Assembly (NCBI GenBank): GCA_964586235.1
Contig: CAZPIO010000002.1
Coordinates: 7,279-71,278 of the forward strand
Length of the DNA: 64,000 nt
Source of the DNA: an uncultured Planctomycetales bacterium
GTDB lineage: Bacteria > Planctomycetota > Phycisphaerae > UBA1845 > PWPN01
Direction: 5' to 3'
Under the pieces are notes generated by a model. That model saw nothing but the letters and a program-made list of their open reading frames with translations. It was not told the DNA's origin and searched no databases. Shown piece after piece: positions 28,394-36,507 of the stretch. A program made the position numbers and the translations under genes. Each line of letters begins with the position of its first letter. Position 1 is the stretch's first letter.

Positions 28394-31300
28394 TCAAACG
28401 ATCGCCGCCGCCGAGCCGCTGGCCGCGGCCTGGGCGAGCAGCCGACCGACAGCCGCGATCAACTGTTCGCGGTCAAGCTTGATCTGGTATTCATCGATGC
28501 CGACCTCGGAGCCCTTCTCCATGTTCTCCTGCCCGGCCAGCGAGGTCACGGCAATGACCGGGATGCGGGCGAAACGAGGATCGTTCTTCGCCCTGCGGGT
28601 GAGTTCGTATCCGTCGAGATTGGGCATCTCGATGTCGGTGACAATCAGGTCGAAGGGGGTTTCGGACCGGTCGAGCGTGTTCCAGGCGTCAAGGCCGTCC
28701 TCGCAGGCGACCACGACGTAGCCGTGGTCGCTCAGAAAACCCGCGACCTGTTTGCGGAAGAAAGCCGAGTCCTCGGCGAAGAGGATGCGCCTGGTACCGT
28801 CCGTCGCGGCGGCCGTCGAAGCGGCTTGCGTGTCGGTAAACCACTCGGGGTGCGCGGTCCGGGCCAGTTCCGACAGGTCGATCAATCGGGTGGTTCTGTC
28901 GTCGACCACCAGGGAACCGAGGACGCCCGACTCACGGAAAGTCACGGTGTCGACCTGCGTGCTCACCTCGCGGATGTCCACCAGCGTCGGGGCGATAAGC
29001 CCGAACTCCTGCCTGCTGCGCCCGAGGCGGAAGACGATCACATATACCTGGGGCTGCTCGGGCCGCGGCCGGGCCTTGACGTGCTTCTCGAGGCTCAGCA
29101 GCGGGAGTGAAGTGCCGCGGTACTGGAGCACCTCCTGTCCGCCGACGCTGTCGATCTGCTCGGAACGGATCCGTTCGATTCGCGAGACCAGGGTCATGGA
29201 GACCCCGAACTGTTCGGACGGATCGTTGGTGAAGAGCAGGACCGACTGTGCTTCGGCATCGGCGCGGGCGGCGTCCTCGGATCCGGCCTCGGTCTGCTCG
29301 GCGTCGGGTTCGGACAACTGGCATTGCAGCGCGATTCCCACGATGTCCAGGATGAGCGCCACGCGGCCGTCACCCAGGATGGTGGCCCCCGCCAGGCATC
29401 GCACGTTCTTCATGTGGCGGCCGAGCGGTTTGACGACGATTTCCTCGGAATCGTGGAGGCCGTCGACAATGATGCCGTACCGCAGATTGCCGTTCTCGAC
29501 CACGATGATGTTCAGAGCGCCGGCGGAGGTGTTGTCGCGGCGTTCGTCCGCGACGGGCGGATGGTCTCCCGGTGAGTCCGGGTCAATCCGGCCGTCGATG
29601 AGGTTCTCGCGACGGTTCCGGCAGAGCTCGTTGGTCACGGGGTCCAGGTACCTCGATTGCAGCCCCATGGCCTTGCTGAGGCGGACGAGGGGCAGCAGGT
29701 TACCGCGCAGCCGCAGGACTTCGGCATCCTTGATTCGCTCGATCCGGCCGGCGACCTCGGCGGCCTTGATTCGGACCAGTTCCTTGATATTCACCTGCGG
29801 GATGGCAAAGCGGTCGTCGTCACAGCGAACAATCAGCGAGGGGATGATGGCGAGGGTCAGCGGCAGTGTGATCTTGATGGTGGTTCCCTCGTTCATGCGG
29901 CTGTCGATCTCGACGGTCCCGCCGAGCTTCTCGATGTTGGTTCGCACGACGTCCATGCCGACGCCTCGACCGCTCACATCGGTCACCTTCTCGGCGGTGG
30001 AGAAGCCGGGGGCGAAGATGAACTGCATCACCTCGCGGTCGCCCAGCTCGCGGGCCCGTTCGGGCGTGATCATTCCCTTGGATACGGCCTTTGCCTTGAG
30101 CTTCTCGACGTCTATTCCGCCGCCGTCGTCGCTGATGGCGATGTTCACCTTGCCGGCCTGGTGATAGGCCCTCAAGGTGACCATACCGACGGGGGTTTTT
30201 CCCCTGGCGGCGCGCGTTTGCGGGCTCTCGATGCCATGGTCCACGGCATTGCGGATCAGGTGAGTCAGCGGATCGCCGATGACTTCGATGATCGACTTAT
30301 CCAGTTCAACGTCCTTGCCCTCGATGCTCAGGTCGCACTGTTTGCCGAGCTTGCCGCTGAGGTCCCGGACGATCCGGGGGAAGCGGTTGAACAGCGTGCC
30401 GATCGGCTGCATTCTCGTCTGCATGATCGCTTCCTGCAGCTCGCTGGTCACCTGGTCGAGGCGGGCGCTGACCGACTCGAGGTTGTGGACGTCGCGGGTG
30501 TTGATCATCTGGACGAGCTGGTTGCGCGAGAGCACGAGCTCACCCGCGAGGTTCATCAACTGATCGAGCAGGCCCACGGACACGCGGATGCTGGTTTCGG
30601 CGGGCTTCGCGGCCGTTGCCTCGGGAGCAGGGGTTGCGGCGGCGTCCGGAGACGCGACCATCGCAGGCTGTGGTGAAGCCACGGACGTTGCCTGGGGGGC
30701 CGCCGGCGGGGCGAGTGTCGCCGGGGCGGAGGCGGGCGCCGCCGATGTCGCCGGGGTTTCCGGCGCGGGAGAACCGGCCACCGAGGGCCCACCCGTCACC
30801 GGCGTGGTTACCGGCCTGATGCGGTCGGCGGGCAAGGCGAACTCGGTTGCCAGCATGTCCGCATCGACGACCGTGCCGAGCAGGGCGACGAAATGAACCT
30901 TGTCGGGAATGAGGCTGTCGAGGCCTCCCCAGGAGGAATGATCCAGCCGGGTCTCGATCAGCTCGCCGAGGGACAGCAGGTTGTTGATCAGGGACAGCGG
31001 CGTCCTGCCGCGGTTCTCGACGTCGGCGATCAAGTCAAACTCGAGGATGAACAACTGGTTACCCAGCCGCTTCTGTGTCTGCAAGGTGTGCTCTGAGACC
31101 TGAAACGGCGACGATTCCCTGCCCACCTGAACGCTCCGCTCCATGCTGCGGCACACTTCGGGCGAAGCCTGTCCGGTGATCACCTGCTTGAGCGCGGCGA
31201 CGTGTTCAGAGACGTCAACCTCCTTGGACTGGGAGACGTTGTTGAGCAGGCCGCGGAGCCGGTCCACGGCCTTGAGCAGCGCGTCGATAACCGGGGCGGT

Positions 31301-31555
31301 GGGAACCAGTTCGCGAGATCGAACCAGGTTCAGCACGTTCTCCAGGCTGTGCGAGAGCTCGGCGATCCGGGTGAGCCCGAGGAATCCGGACGCCCCCTTG
31401 ATCGAATGGACGGCCCGAAACACCTTGTTCACCAGATCGCCGTCGCTGTTCGCCCCGGCCTCCTCGATGACGAGCAGATCGTTCTCGACATCCGCGAGGT
31501 GTTCGAGGGACTCGGTGACGAATTCTTCCATCATTTTGTCGCTATCCAACGACAT
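28394..31555 (-). CDS. cheA: hybrid chemotaxis histidine kinase CheA (Hpt, dimerisation, HATPase, two CheW-like segments, C-terminal receiver)
   Basis: I chose ATG at 31555 after AGGAG. Hpt motif AVHSIKGASGFLG. Kinase motifs IRNAVDHGIE, DDGGGID and GRGVGMDVV. The receiver has RILFAEDS, LIVTDIEMPNLDG and a conserved K. Confidence 0.9.
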   Translation of the reverse strand: MSLDSDKMMEEFVTESLEHLADVENDLLVIEEAGANSDGDLVNKVFRAVHSIKGASGFLGLTRIAELSHSLENVLNLVRSRELVPTAPVIDALLKAVDRLRGLLNNVSQSKEVDVSEHVAALKQVITGQASPEVCRSMERSVQVGRESSPFQVSEHTLQTQKRLGNQLFILEFDLIADVENRGRTPLSLINNLLSLGELIETRLDHSSWGGLDSLIPDKVHFVALLGTVVDADMLATEFALPADRIRPVTTPVTGGPSVAGSPAPETPATSAAPASAPATLAPPAAPQATSVASPQPAMVASPDAAATPAPEATAAKPAETSIRVSVGLLDQLMNLAGELVLSRNQLVQMINTRDVHNLESVSARLDQVTSELQEAIMQTRMQPIGTLFNRFPRIVRDLSGKLGKQCDLSIEGKDVELDKSIIEVIGDPLTHLIRNAVDHGIESPQTRAARGKTPVGMVTLRAYHQAGKVNIAISDDGGGIDVEKLKAKAVSKGMITPERARELGDREVMQFIFAPGFSTAEKVTDVSGRGVGMDVVRTNIEKLGGTVEIDSRMNEGTTIKITLPLTLAIIPSLIVRCDDDRFAIPQVNIKELVRIKAAEVAGRIERIKDAEVLRLRGNLLPLVRLSKAMGLQSRYLDPVTNELCRNRRENLIDGRIDPDSPGDHPPVADERRDNTSAGALNIIVVENGNLRYGIIVDGLHDSEEIVVKPLGRHMKNVRCLAGATILGDGRVALILDIVGIALQCQLSEPDAEQTEAGSEDAARADAEAQSVLLFTNDPSEQFGVSMTLVSRIERIRSEQIDSVGGQEVLQYRGTSLPLLSLEKHVKARPRPEQPQVYVIVFRLGRSRQEFGLIAPTLVDIREVSTQVDTVTFRESGVLGSLVVDDRTTRLIDLSELARTAHPEWFTDTQAASTAAATDGTRRILFAEDSAFFRKQVAGFLSDHGYVVVACEDGLDAWNTLDRSETPFDLIVTDIEMPNLDGYELTRRAKNDPRFARIPVIAVTSLAGQENMEKGSEVGIDEYQIKLDREQLIAAVGRLLAQAAASGSAAAIV

Positions 31556-31586
31556 ATCAATACTCCTGCCTCTTGGGCGCGGGTGC

Positions 31587-31895
31587 TCAGAGACTCTCAC
31601 AGACTCGGACGTGCTCGTCCATGCGCATGACGTGGAAAAGCTGCTTGAAGTCCTCGTTGCGGGTCAGGACGACGAGCGAGCCTCCGGCGGCGCTGACGCT
31701 CTTGTGACAGAGCATGAAAACCGCCAGTCCCTTGGAATCGATCATCTTGACGCCTTCGAGATCGATCGCCAGGCGGACGATGCCTTTGTCGACCAGTTCG
31801 CGGAGTTCCCCCCGAAACTGCTCGACGTGCGAGGCGACCAGGTCATAGCCCGGTCTCATCACGTGGACCTGATTTGTCTCGGTTGCCTGTGTCAT
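31587..31895 (-). CDS. STAS-domain anti-sigma-factor antagonist (SpoIIAA/RsbV-like)
   Basis: ATG at 31895 forms an ATGA overlap with the upstream stop. The candidate phosphorylatable Ser lies in MIDSKGLAVF. The size is about 100 aa. Confidence 0.8.
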   Translation of the reverse strand: MTQATETNQVHVMRPGYDLVASHVEQFRGELRELVDKGIVRLAIDLEGVKMIDSKGLAVFMLCHKSVSAAGGSLVVLTRNEDFKQLFHVMRMDEHVRVCESL

Positions 31896-32350
31896 GGCAT
31901 TCCCCCATTTTCCCGGTTGCCACACGTCACCGGCAGCTCGGGATCGCTGCGGAGCCGCAGCTCGACCCTGTTGCCGGACTGGTTGTAGATCATTTCCGAC
32001 GAATAAATCCGCATCAGCGGCAAACCTCTGCCGCCGTCTCCCTGCACGTCAAGCTCGACCTCCCGGTTCTGCCAGATGAACCCGGGACCATTGTCCTCGA
32101 CGATGAGGCGCAGGCCGTCGTCGCCGAAGACAATCGCGATGCACACGCGGCCGTCCGGTCCCTCGCCACAGCCGTGGGTCACGGCGTTGAGCGCCGCCTC
32201 CCGCAGCAGGATCCTGAGGGCGAAGCGGTTCACCGCTACCTGGCGTCGGTCGAGTTCCTCGAGGCAGACCTGGTCGGCCCGGTCGATGTTGTGGAGCGAG
32301 GCCGACATGGTGATGCGCAAGGCGGAGGGTGTGTGTTCGACGTCAAACAT
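31892..32350 (-). CDS. anti-sigma regulatory factor / Ser-Thr kinase (RsbW/SpoIIAB-like HATPase)
   Basis: N-box-like REAALNAVTHG and G1 box EDNGPGF. The size is about 150 aa. Confidence 0.75.
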   Translation of the reverse strand: MFDVEHTPSALRITMSASLHNIDRADQVCLEELDRRQVAVNRFALRILLREAALNAVTHGCGEGPDGRVCIAIVFGDDGLRLIVEDNGPGFIWQNREVELDVQGDGGRGLPLMRIYSSEMIYNQSGNRVELRLRSDPELPVTCGNRENGGMP

Positions 32351-32358
32351 ACGCTGCC

Positions 32359-33630
32359 CTAGAACTCGACTCCCATCAGCACGATGTCGTCCTCCGCCAT
32401 GCCGTCGCAGGCAGAGAGCAGTTCGTCCACCACGGAGTGCACCGCCGCGTCGATCGGCATCGAACGTCGCTGCGTCAAACTGTCCCGCAGACGTTCCATG
32501 CCCCGCACGATGCCACAGCGCCCTTCGGAGTTCCGATATCCCTCGATCAGTCCGTCGGTGTAGAGAAACAGGCGGTCGCCCGGTGCCACCGGGAATCGCC
32601 TGGACTCGTACCTTCCGAGCTCAAACATGCCCAGCACGTCGCCCGGCAGGTGGACGTAGCCGGCTTCACCTTCCGCGGGCTGAAACAGGGCCGCGGGATG
32701 GGCGGCACCGGCGACCTCGACTTCCATCAGGAGCCTCGAGTAGCGCGCGTAGCACGCGGTCACGTATCGCTCATCGCTCAGGATCTTGAGCAGGCTGGTG
32801 TTATGGAGCGAGAGCACTTCGACGGGGGTCAGGGACTCGTTCAGGAAGGTCGCGGCAAGAGCCTTGAGCGCTCCGGTGATGAACGGAACGCTCAGGTCAT
32901 GGCCGGAGACGTCGCTGACCAGGAAGCCGAACTCGTCCTCCGACAGACGGGCGATCTCGTAGAAATCGCCGCCCGCCTCGTAGGCCGGCTGGAACCGCAC
33001 GCCGAGCTTCAACTCCGGGAACGAGGCCGGCGCCGTGAGCAGCGAAGTCTGTCCGGTTCGCACGTCATTGAGGCGGCCGGCGCTTTCCATGGAGACGGCT
33101 TCGAGCAACGTCGCTCTGCGTCGAAGGTTTCGGCGGCTCATGGCCAGTTCGAGCCTGCTGCGGATCCGGGCCAGCAACTCGCACCGCTCGATCGGCTTGG
33201 TGACGTAATCCTCGCCGCCCACCTCGAACCCCCGAGCCAGGTCCTTTGGATCGGTGAGGCCGGTCAGAAACACGACGGGCAAGTCGGCGAGGTTCGGATC
33301 CTCTTTCAGACGGCGACACGTATCGAAGCCGTCGAGGTTGGGCATCTGGCAATCGAGGAGGACAAGTCCCGGCGTCTGCTCGCGGAGGATCCGCAGGGCC
33401 TGCTCGCCGTCGGGGGCCTGGAGCACGCGGTAGCCGGCCTTCTCGAGCAGCCGGGCGATCAGTCTTCGTGTGGCTTCATCATCCTCCGCGATGAGGATGG
33501 TCGAATTGACGAGGGGTGCTTTCAGCACGCTGGTCGGGTCAGCCTGAGCAGAGTCGGGCTGAGCGCTGCCCTTCCGCGCTGCCTGAGCGGCGCATCGCAA
33601 GAGTTCGGCCTCGGCTGTGCCAGCGGCCAC
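32359..33630 (-). CDS. response regulator with PP2C (SpoIIE/RsbU-type) phosphatase output
   Basis: The receiver has an intact acidic pocket (IAEDDE), phospho-acceptor (LVLLDCQMP), T (VFLTG) and K (YVTKP). PP2C motifs: GGDFYEI, SDVSGHD, LYTDGLIE, DDIVLMGVEF. GTG start with GGGGGA upstream. Confidence 0.85.
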   Translation of the reverse strand: MAAGTAEAELLRCAAQAARKGSAQPDSAQADPTSVLKAPLVNSTILIAEDDEATRRLIARLLEKAGYRVLQAPDGEQALRILREQTPGLVLLDCQMPNLDGFDTCRRLKEDPNLADLPVVFLTGLTDPKDLARGFEVGGEDYVTKPIERCELLARIRSRLELAMSRRNLRRRATLLEAVSMESAGRLNDVRTGQTSLLTAPASFPELKLGVRFQPAYEAGGDFYEIARLSEDEFGFLVSDVSGHDLSVPFITGALKALAATFLNESLTPVEVLSLHNTSLLKILSDERYVTACYARYSRLLMEVEVAGAAHPAALFQPAEGEAGYVHLPGDVLGMFELGRYESRRFPVAPGDRLFLYTDGLIEGYRNSEGRCGIVRGMERLRDSLTQRRSMPIDAAVHSVVDELLSACDGMAEDDIVLMGVEF

Positions 33631-34264
33631 AGGATCCCCCCAGTTTCAGGCGTTCGGGCTCTCGCCACGATTGCAGCGGGTGCCCACGCTTCCACGTCCT
33701 CCCGGGCAGAGTGGTCCTTGGGTGGACAGGGGCAATCACGATATGCTCGCCGCCCATCCGCTCTGACCCGTCGCGACTCATGCGAGCACGAGGCCCAAAT
33801 GTCCAATAACCCGGCCCGATGCGTTGGCGCGTGATCGCAACACTTAGCGACTGAGGTATCGACCCTCGCCGAGGCTGCCTTTAGATGCTCTGAGGAGTGG
33901 CTCGAGCGGACGAACGCCTCTGTGGGTATTTGGGGTACATCGCCCCGGTCGGCGGCGGTGTCGTCCCACCGGCAAAACGCAACCGCTTCGACAGTGCGCC
34001 CGCACCCGGCCGAGGCCCCAGTAGGGCGGGCCTGGGAGCTCCCTCCGCTGAAGGCATGGACCCCCTCCTGGGATGAGGTGACAGAGGTGGAGGGACTGCT
34101 CATTCGCGTCGATGAATACCCCGCGAATGCGGCCGCGAGAAGCCGCATCCACTCGTTATCGGGCTTTGGCCTCGTTCCCGGCAAGGGCACGCAAGTTGAC
34201 GCCGCGGCCAAGGCCCGTCACCCTATACGCGCAGTCATCGTGGAGGAGCAGTGTCAGACAAGCG

Positions 34265-35287
34265 ATGAAACACATGCAGGAAATGTTCGGAGCAGGCAAG
34301 GGTCGTCGAAGCGTACGGCTGTTTTTCACCTGCGCAGGCCGGCGGATTGAGCTGATCACGGCGTTTATCCGGGCGGCCCGCTCGCTGGGCCTTCGCCCGG
34401 AAATCCACGCGGCCGATACCGAACCGCACTTCGCGGCGGCCTGTGTCGCCGACCGGGCACACCAGGTCCCGCCGACCCGTGCCGCGGGGTACATTCCCGC
34501 CCTGCTGCGAACCGTGCGGCGTCACAAGATCGACATCCTGATCCCCTTGATCGACATGGAACTGGTCAAGCTGGCCGATGCGAGAGACGAGTTCGTCCGG
34601 CTGGGCTGCGCGGCCCTGATCTCGTCGCCTTCGGTCGTACGGACTTGCCGGGACAAACTGCTCACGTATCGTTTTCTGACCGGTCATGGGATTGACACCC
34701 CCACGACCTGGACCCCCCAGGAAGCACTGAGCCGGCGGAGACATCGTTTCCCGTATTTCCTGAAGCCGCGGCAAGGAAGCGCCAGCAGGGGCAGTTTCGT
34801 GATCCGCAACCGAGCGGATCTGAATGCTCTGGTACCCCGGGTGCCGGACCCGATCATCCAGGAGTTCATCCCTGGGTTCGAACACACCCTAGACGTTTAT
34901 GCTGGGTTCGACGGGCGCCCCCGCTGCGTTGTGCCCCGGCAACGGATCGAGGTCCGGGGAGGCGAGGTCACCAAAGCCCGGACGGTCAAGCATCCAGAGA
35001 TCATGAAGATGGGCGCGCGGGTGGTCGAGGCGCTTGGCGACTGTGTGGGGTCGATCACCATCCAGCTCATTCTCATGCCGGGGGGGCGAATACGCGTCAT
35101 CGAGATCAACCCGCGATTCGGGGGAGGCGTCCCGCTGGCAATCCATGCGGGAGCTGATTTCCCCAAATGGCTCCTCTCGGAGTGGCTCGGCCGGCACCTC
35201 AGGATCCGCCTGGACCAGTTCCGCGACGATCAGCTCATGCTCCGATATCATCAATCCTTCTTCCTCAACGGGACTCGACAGAGGTAG
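34265..35287 (+). CDS. ATP-grasp domain protein (carbamoyl-phosphate-synthase-like ligase)
   Basis: I chose ATG at 34265 (MKHMQEMF). Motifs: FPYFLKPRQGSASRG, IIQEFIPG, IEINPRFGGG. Confidence 0.7.
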   Translation: MKHMQEMFGAGKGRRSVRLFFTCAGRRIELITAFIRAARSLGLRPEIHAADTEPHFAAACVADRAHQVPPTRAAGYIPALLRTVRRHKIDILIPLIDMELVKLADARDEFVRLGCAALISSPSVVRTCRDKLLTYRFLTGHGIDTPTTWTPQEALSRRRHRFPYFLKPRQGSASRGSFVIRNRADLNALVPRVPDPIIQEFIPGFEHTLDVYAGFDGRPRCVVPRQRIEVRGGEVTKARTVKHPEIMKMGARVVEALGDCVGSITIQLILMPGGRIRVIEINPRFGGGVPLAIHAGADFPKWLLSEWLGRHLRIRLDQFRDDQLMLRYHQSFFLNGTRQR

Positions 35288-35360
35288 AATCCGATCCGGC
35301 CCGGGGCTCCATGGCAACGGGTTGAAGGAACCAGGCTCGGGCAGGGGATACAGGGTGATC

Positions 35361-36050
35361 ATGTCAGTGGTGACGTTGCACGGTATCGCGGTCGTGGTAT
35401 TCGATCTGGACGACACGCTGTATCCGGAGCGAGAGTTCACCTACAGCGGTTTCGAGGCTGTGGGGCGGTGGTTACGAGCCCGCATGGACTGCCCGTCAGA
35501 CCCTTCGGCCCGGATGCGGGAGCTCTTTGAGCAGGGCCATCGCGGTCGGGTCTTCGACCAACTGCTCGCCGAGTGGAGCTGCCCCCAGGCGGCGAGTTGG
35601 GTACCCCAAATGGTTGAGTGTTTTCGAGGCCATAATCCCAAGATACGGCTTTTTACCGACGCCGCCGCCGCCCTTGAGAGCTGGCAGGCAACATTTCAAT
35701 TATCGTTGATCAGTGATGGTCCAGTGGGCATGCAATGGAATAAAGTAAAGGCTCTGGGCTTGGAGTCGCGGCTCAGGCCGATCATCATAACTGACCAGTG
35801 GGGGCTGGCGTTCAGGAAGCCGCATCCCCGAGCATTCGAGGCGGTCGAGAACGAAACGGCCCAACGCGGCTCGCGCTGCCTGTACATCGGTGATAACCAG
35901 TCAAAGGATTTTATCGCACCCCGCCAGCTTGGATGGCGGACAGCGTGTCTGCAGCGCAGCGGCGGCATATACCACGCCGCCCAGTGCCCGGAAAACGGGG
36001 CACCGGAGTTCGAATTATCGACACTTCAGGGTCTGACGCTGGTTCCCTGA
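35361..36050 (+). CDS. HAD-superfamily hydrolase
   Basis: I chose ATG at 35361. The ORF-track N-terminus overlaps the ATP-grasp gene and is Ser/Gly/Arg junk. Motif I is VVFDLDDTLY and motif IV is YIGDNQSKDF. Confidence 0.8.
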   Translation: MSVVTLHGIAVVVFDLDDTLYPEREFTYSGFEAVGRWLRARMDCPSDPSARMRELFEQGHRGRVFDQLLAEWSCPQAASWVPQMVECFRGHNPKIRLFTDAAAALESWQATFQLSLISDGPVGMQWNKVKALGLESRLRPIIITDQWGLAFRKPHPRAFEAVENETAQRGSRCLYIGDNQSKDFIAPRQLGWRTACLQRSGGIYHAAQCPENGAPEFELSTLQGLTLVP

Positions 36051-36507
36051 GCCGGAAGGTTCTGTGGCCGTCCTCAACCGGAGGTCCTGCGCGATCGGAC
36101 GGTAGACCGTCTCTCTGGTGCTGTTCTGCATATTGAGCTGATCGGGTGAATGCCTCGCGAAGGCCTCGGGGATCGTGAAGGAGGTGCGAACCGAAGGCCG
36201 GAGACGACAGTAAAAGGGGTGGCAAGGCCTCAAGCGAGGGGGCTTTTCAGTGGGTTCCGTCTGCGCCTTGCCTCAACCGCCAAGTGCCTATGTGCCGATA
36301 ACTTACGAATCAGTCCGGGCGGCCGTGGGTCGAGAGAGCCAACTGCGGACTGGCGAGCGAAAATCGGTTCAAGCACTCCGCCGGCTACCGCGCAGGCGGA
36401 CGCGTTGACGCATGAAGATGGCGGTTAACCCGAGGAGCGGGGGACCCGAAGTCTGCCCTTTGCGTTGGAGAGGCATGGCCGTGGGTCCGGGGTCAGGACA
36501 GACTCAG

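Noticed and set aside
26127-30676. Plus-strand ORFs of 385, 470 and 339 aa opposite the MCP and cheA genes
   Set aside because: They are antisense to genes with textbook motifs. The Gly/Leu/Asp-rich product opposite the MCP mirrors its Ala/Glu/Thr-rich coiled coil.
33631-34264. Possible ncRNA (RNase P, tmRNA, SRP, 6S or riboswitch) in the long spacer
   Set aside because: I could not find any of the conserved core motifs of these RNAs by eye. Without a covariance-model scan, no call is justified.
35034-35360. N-terminal 109 codons of ORF 35034..36050
   Set aside because: This part overlaps the 3' end of the ATP-grasp gene in another frame and is Ser/Gly/Arg junk. The HAD motif I sits 10 residues after the internal ATG at 35361.
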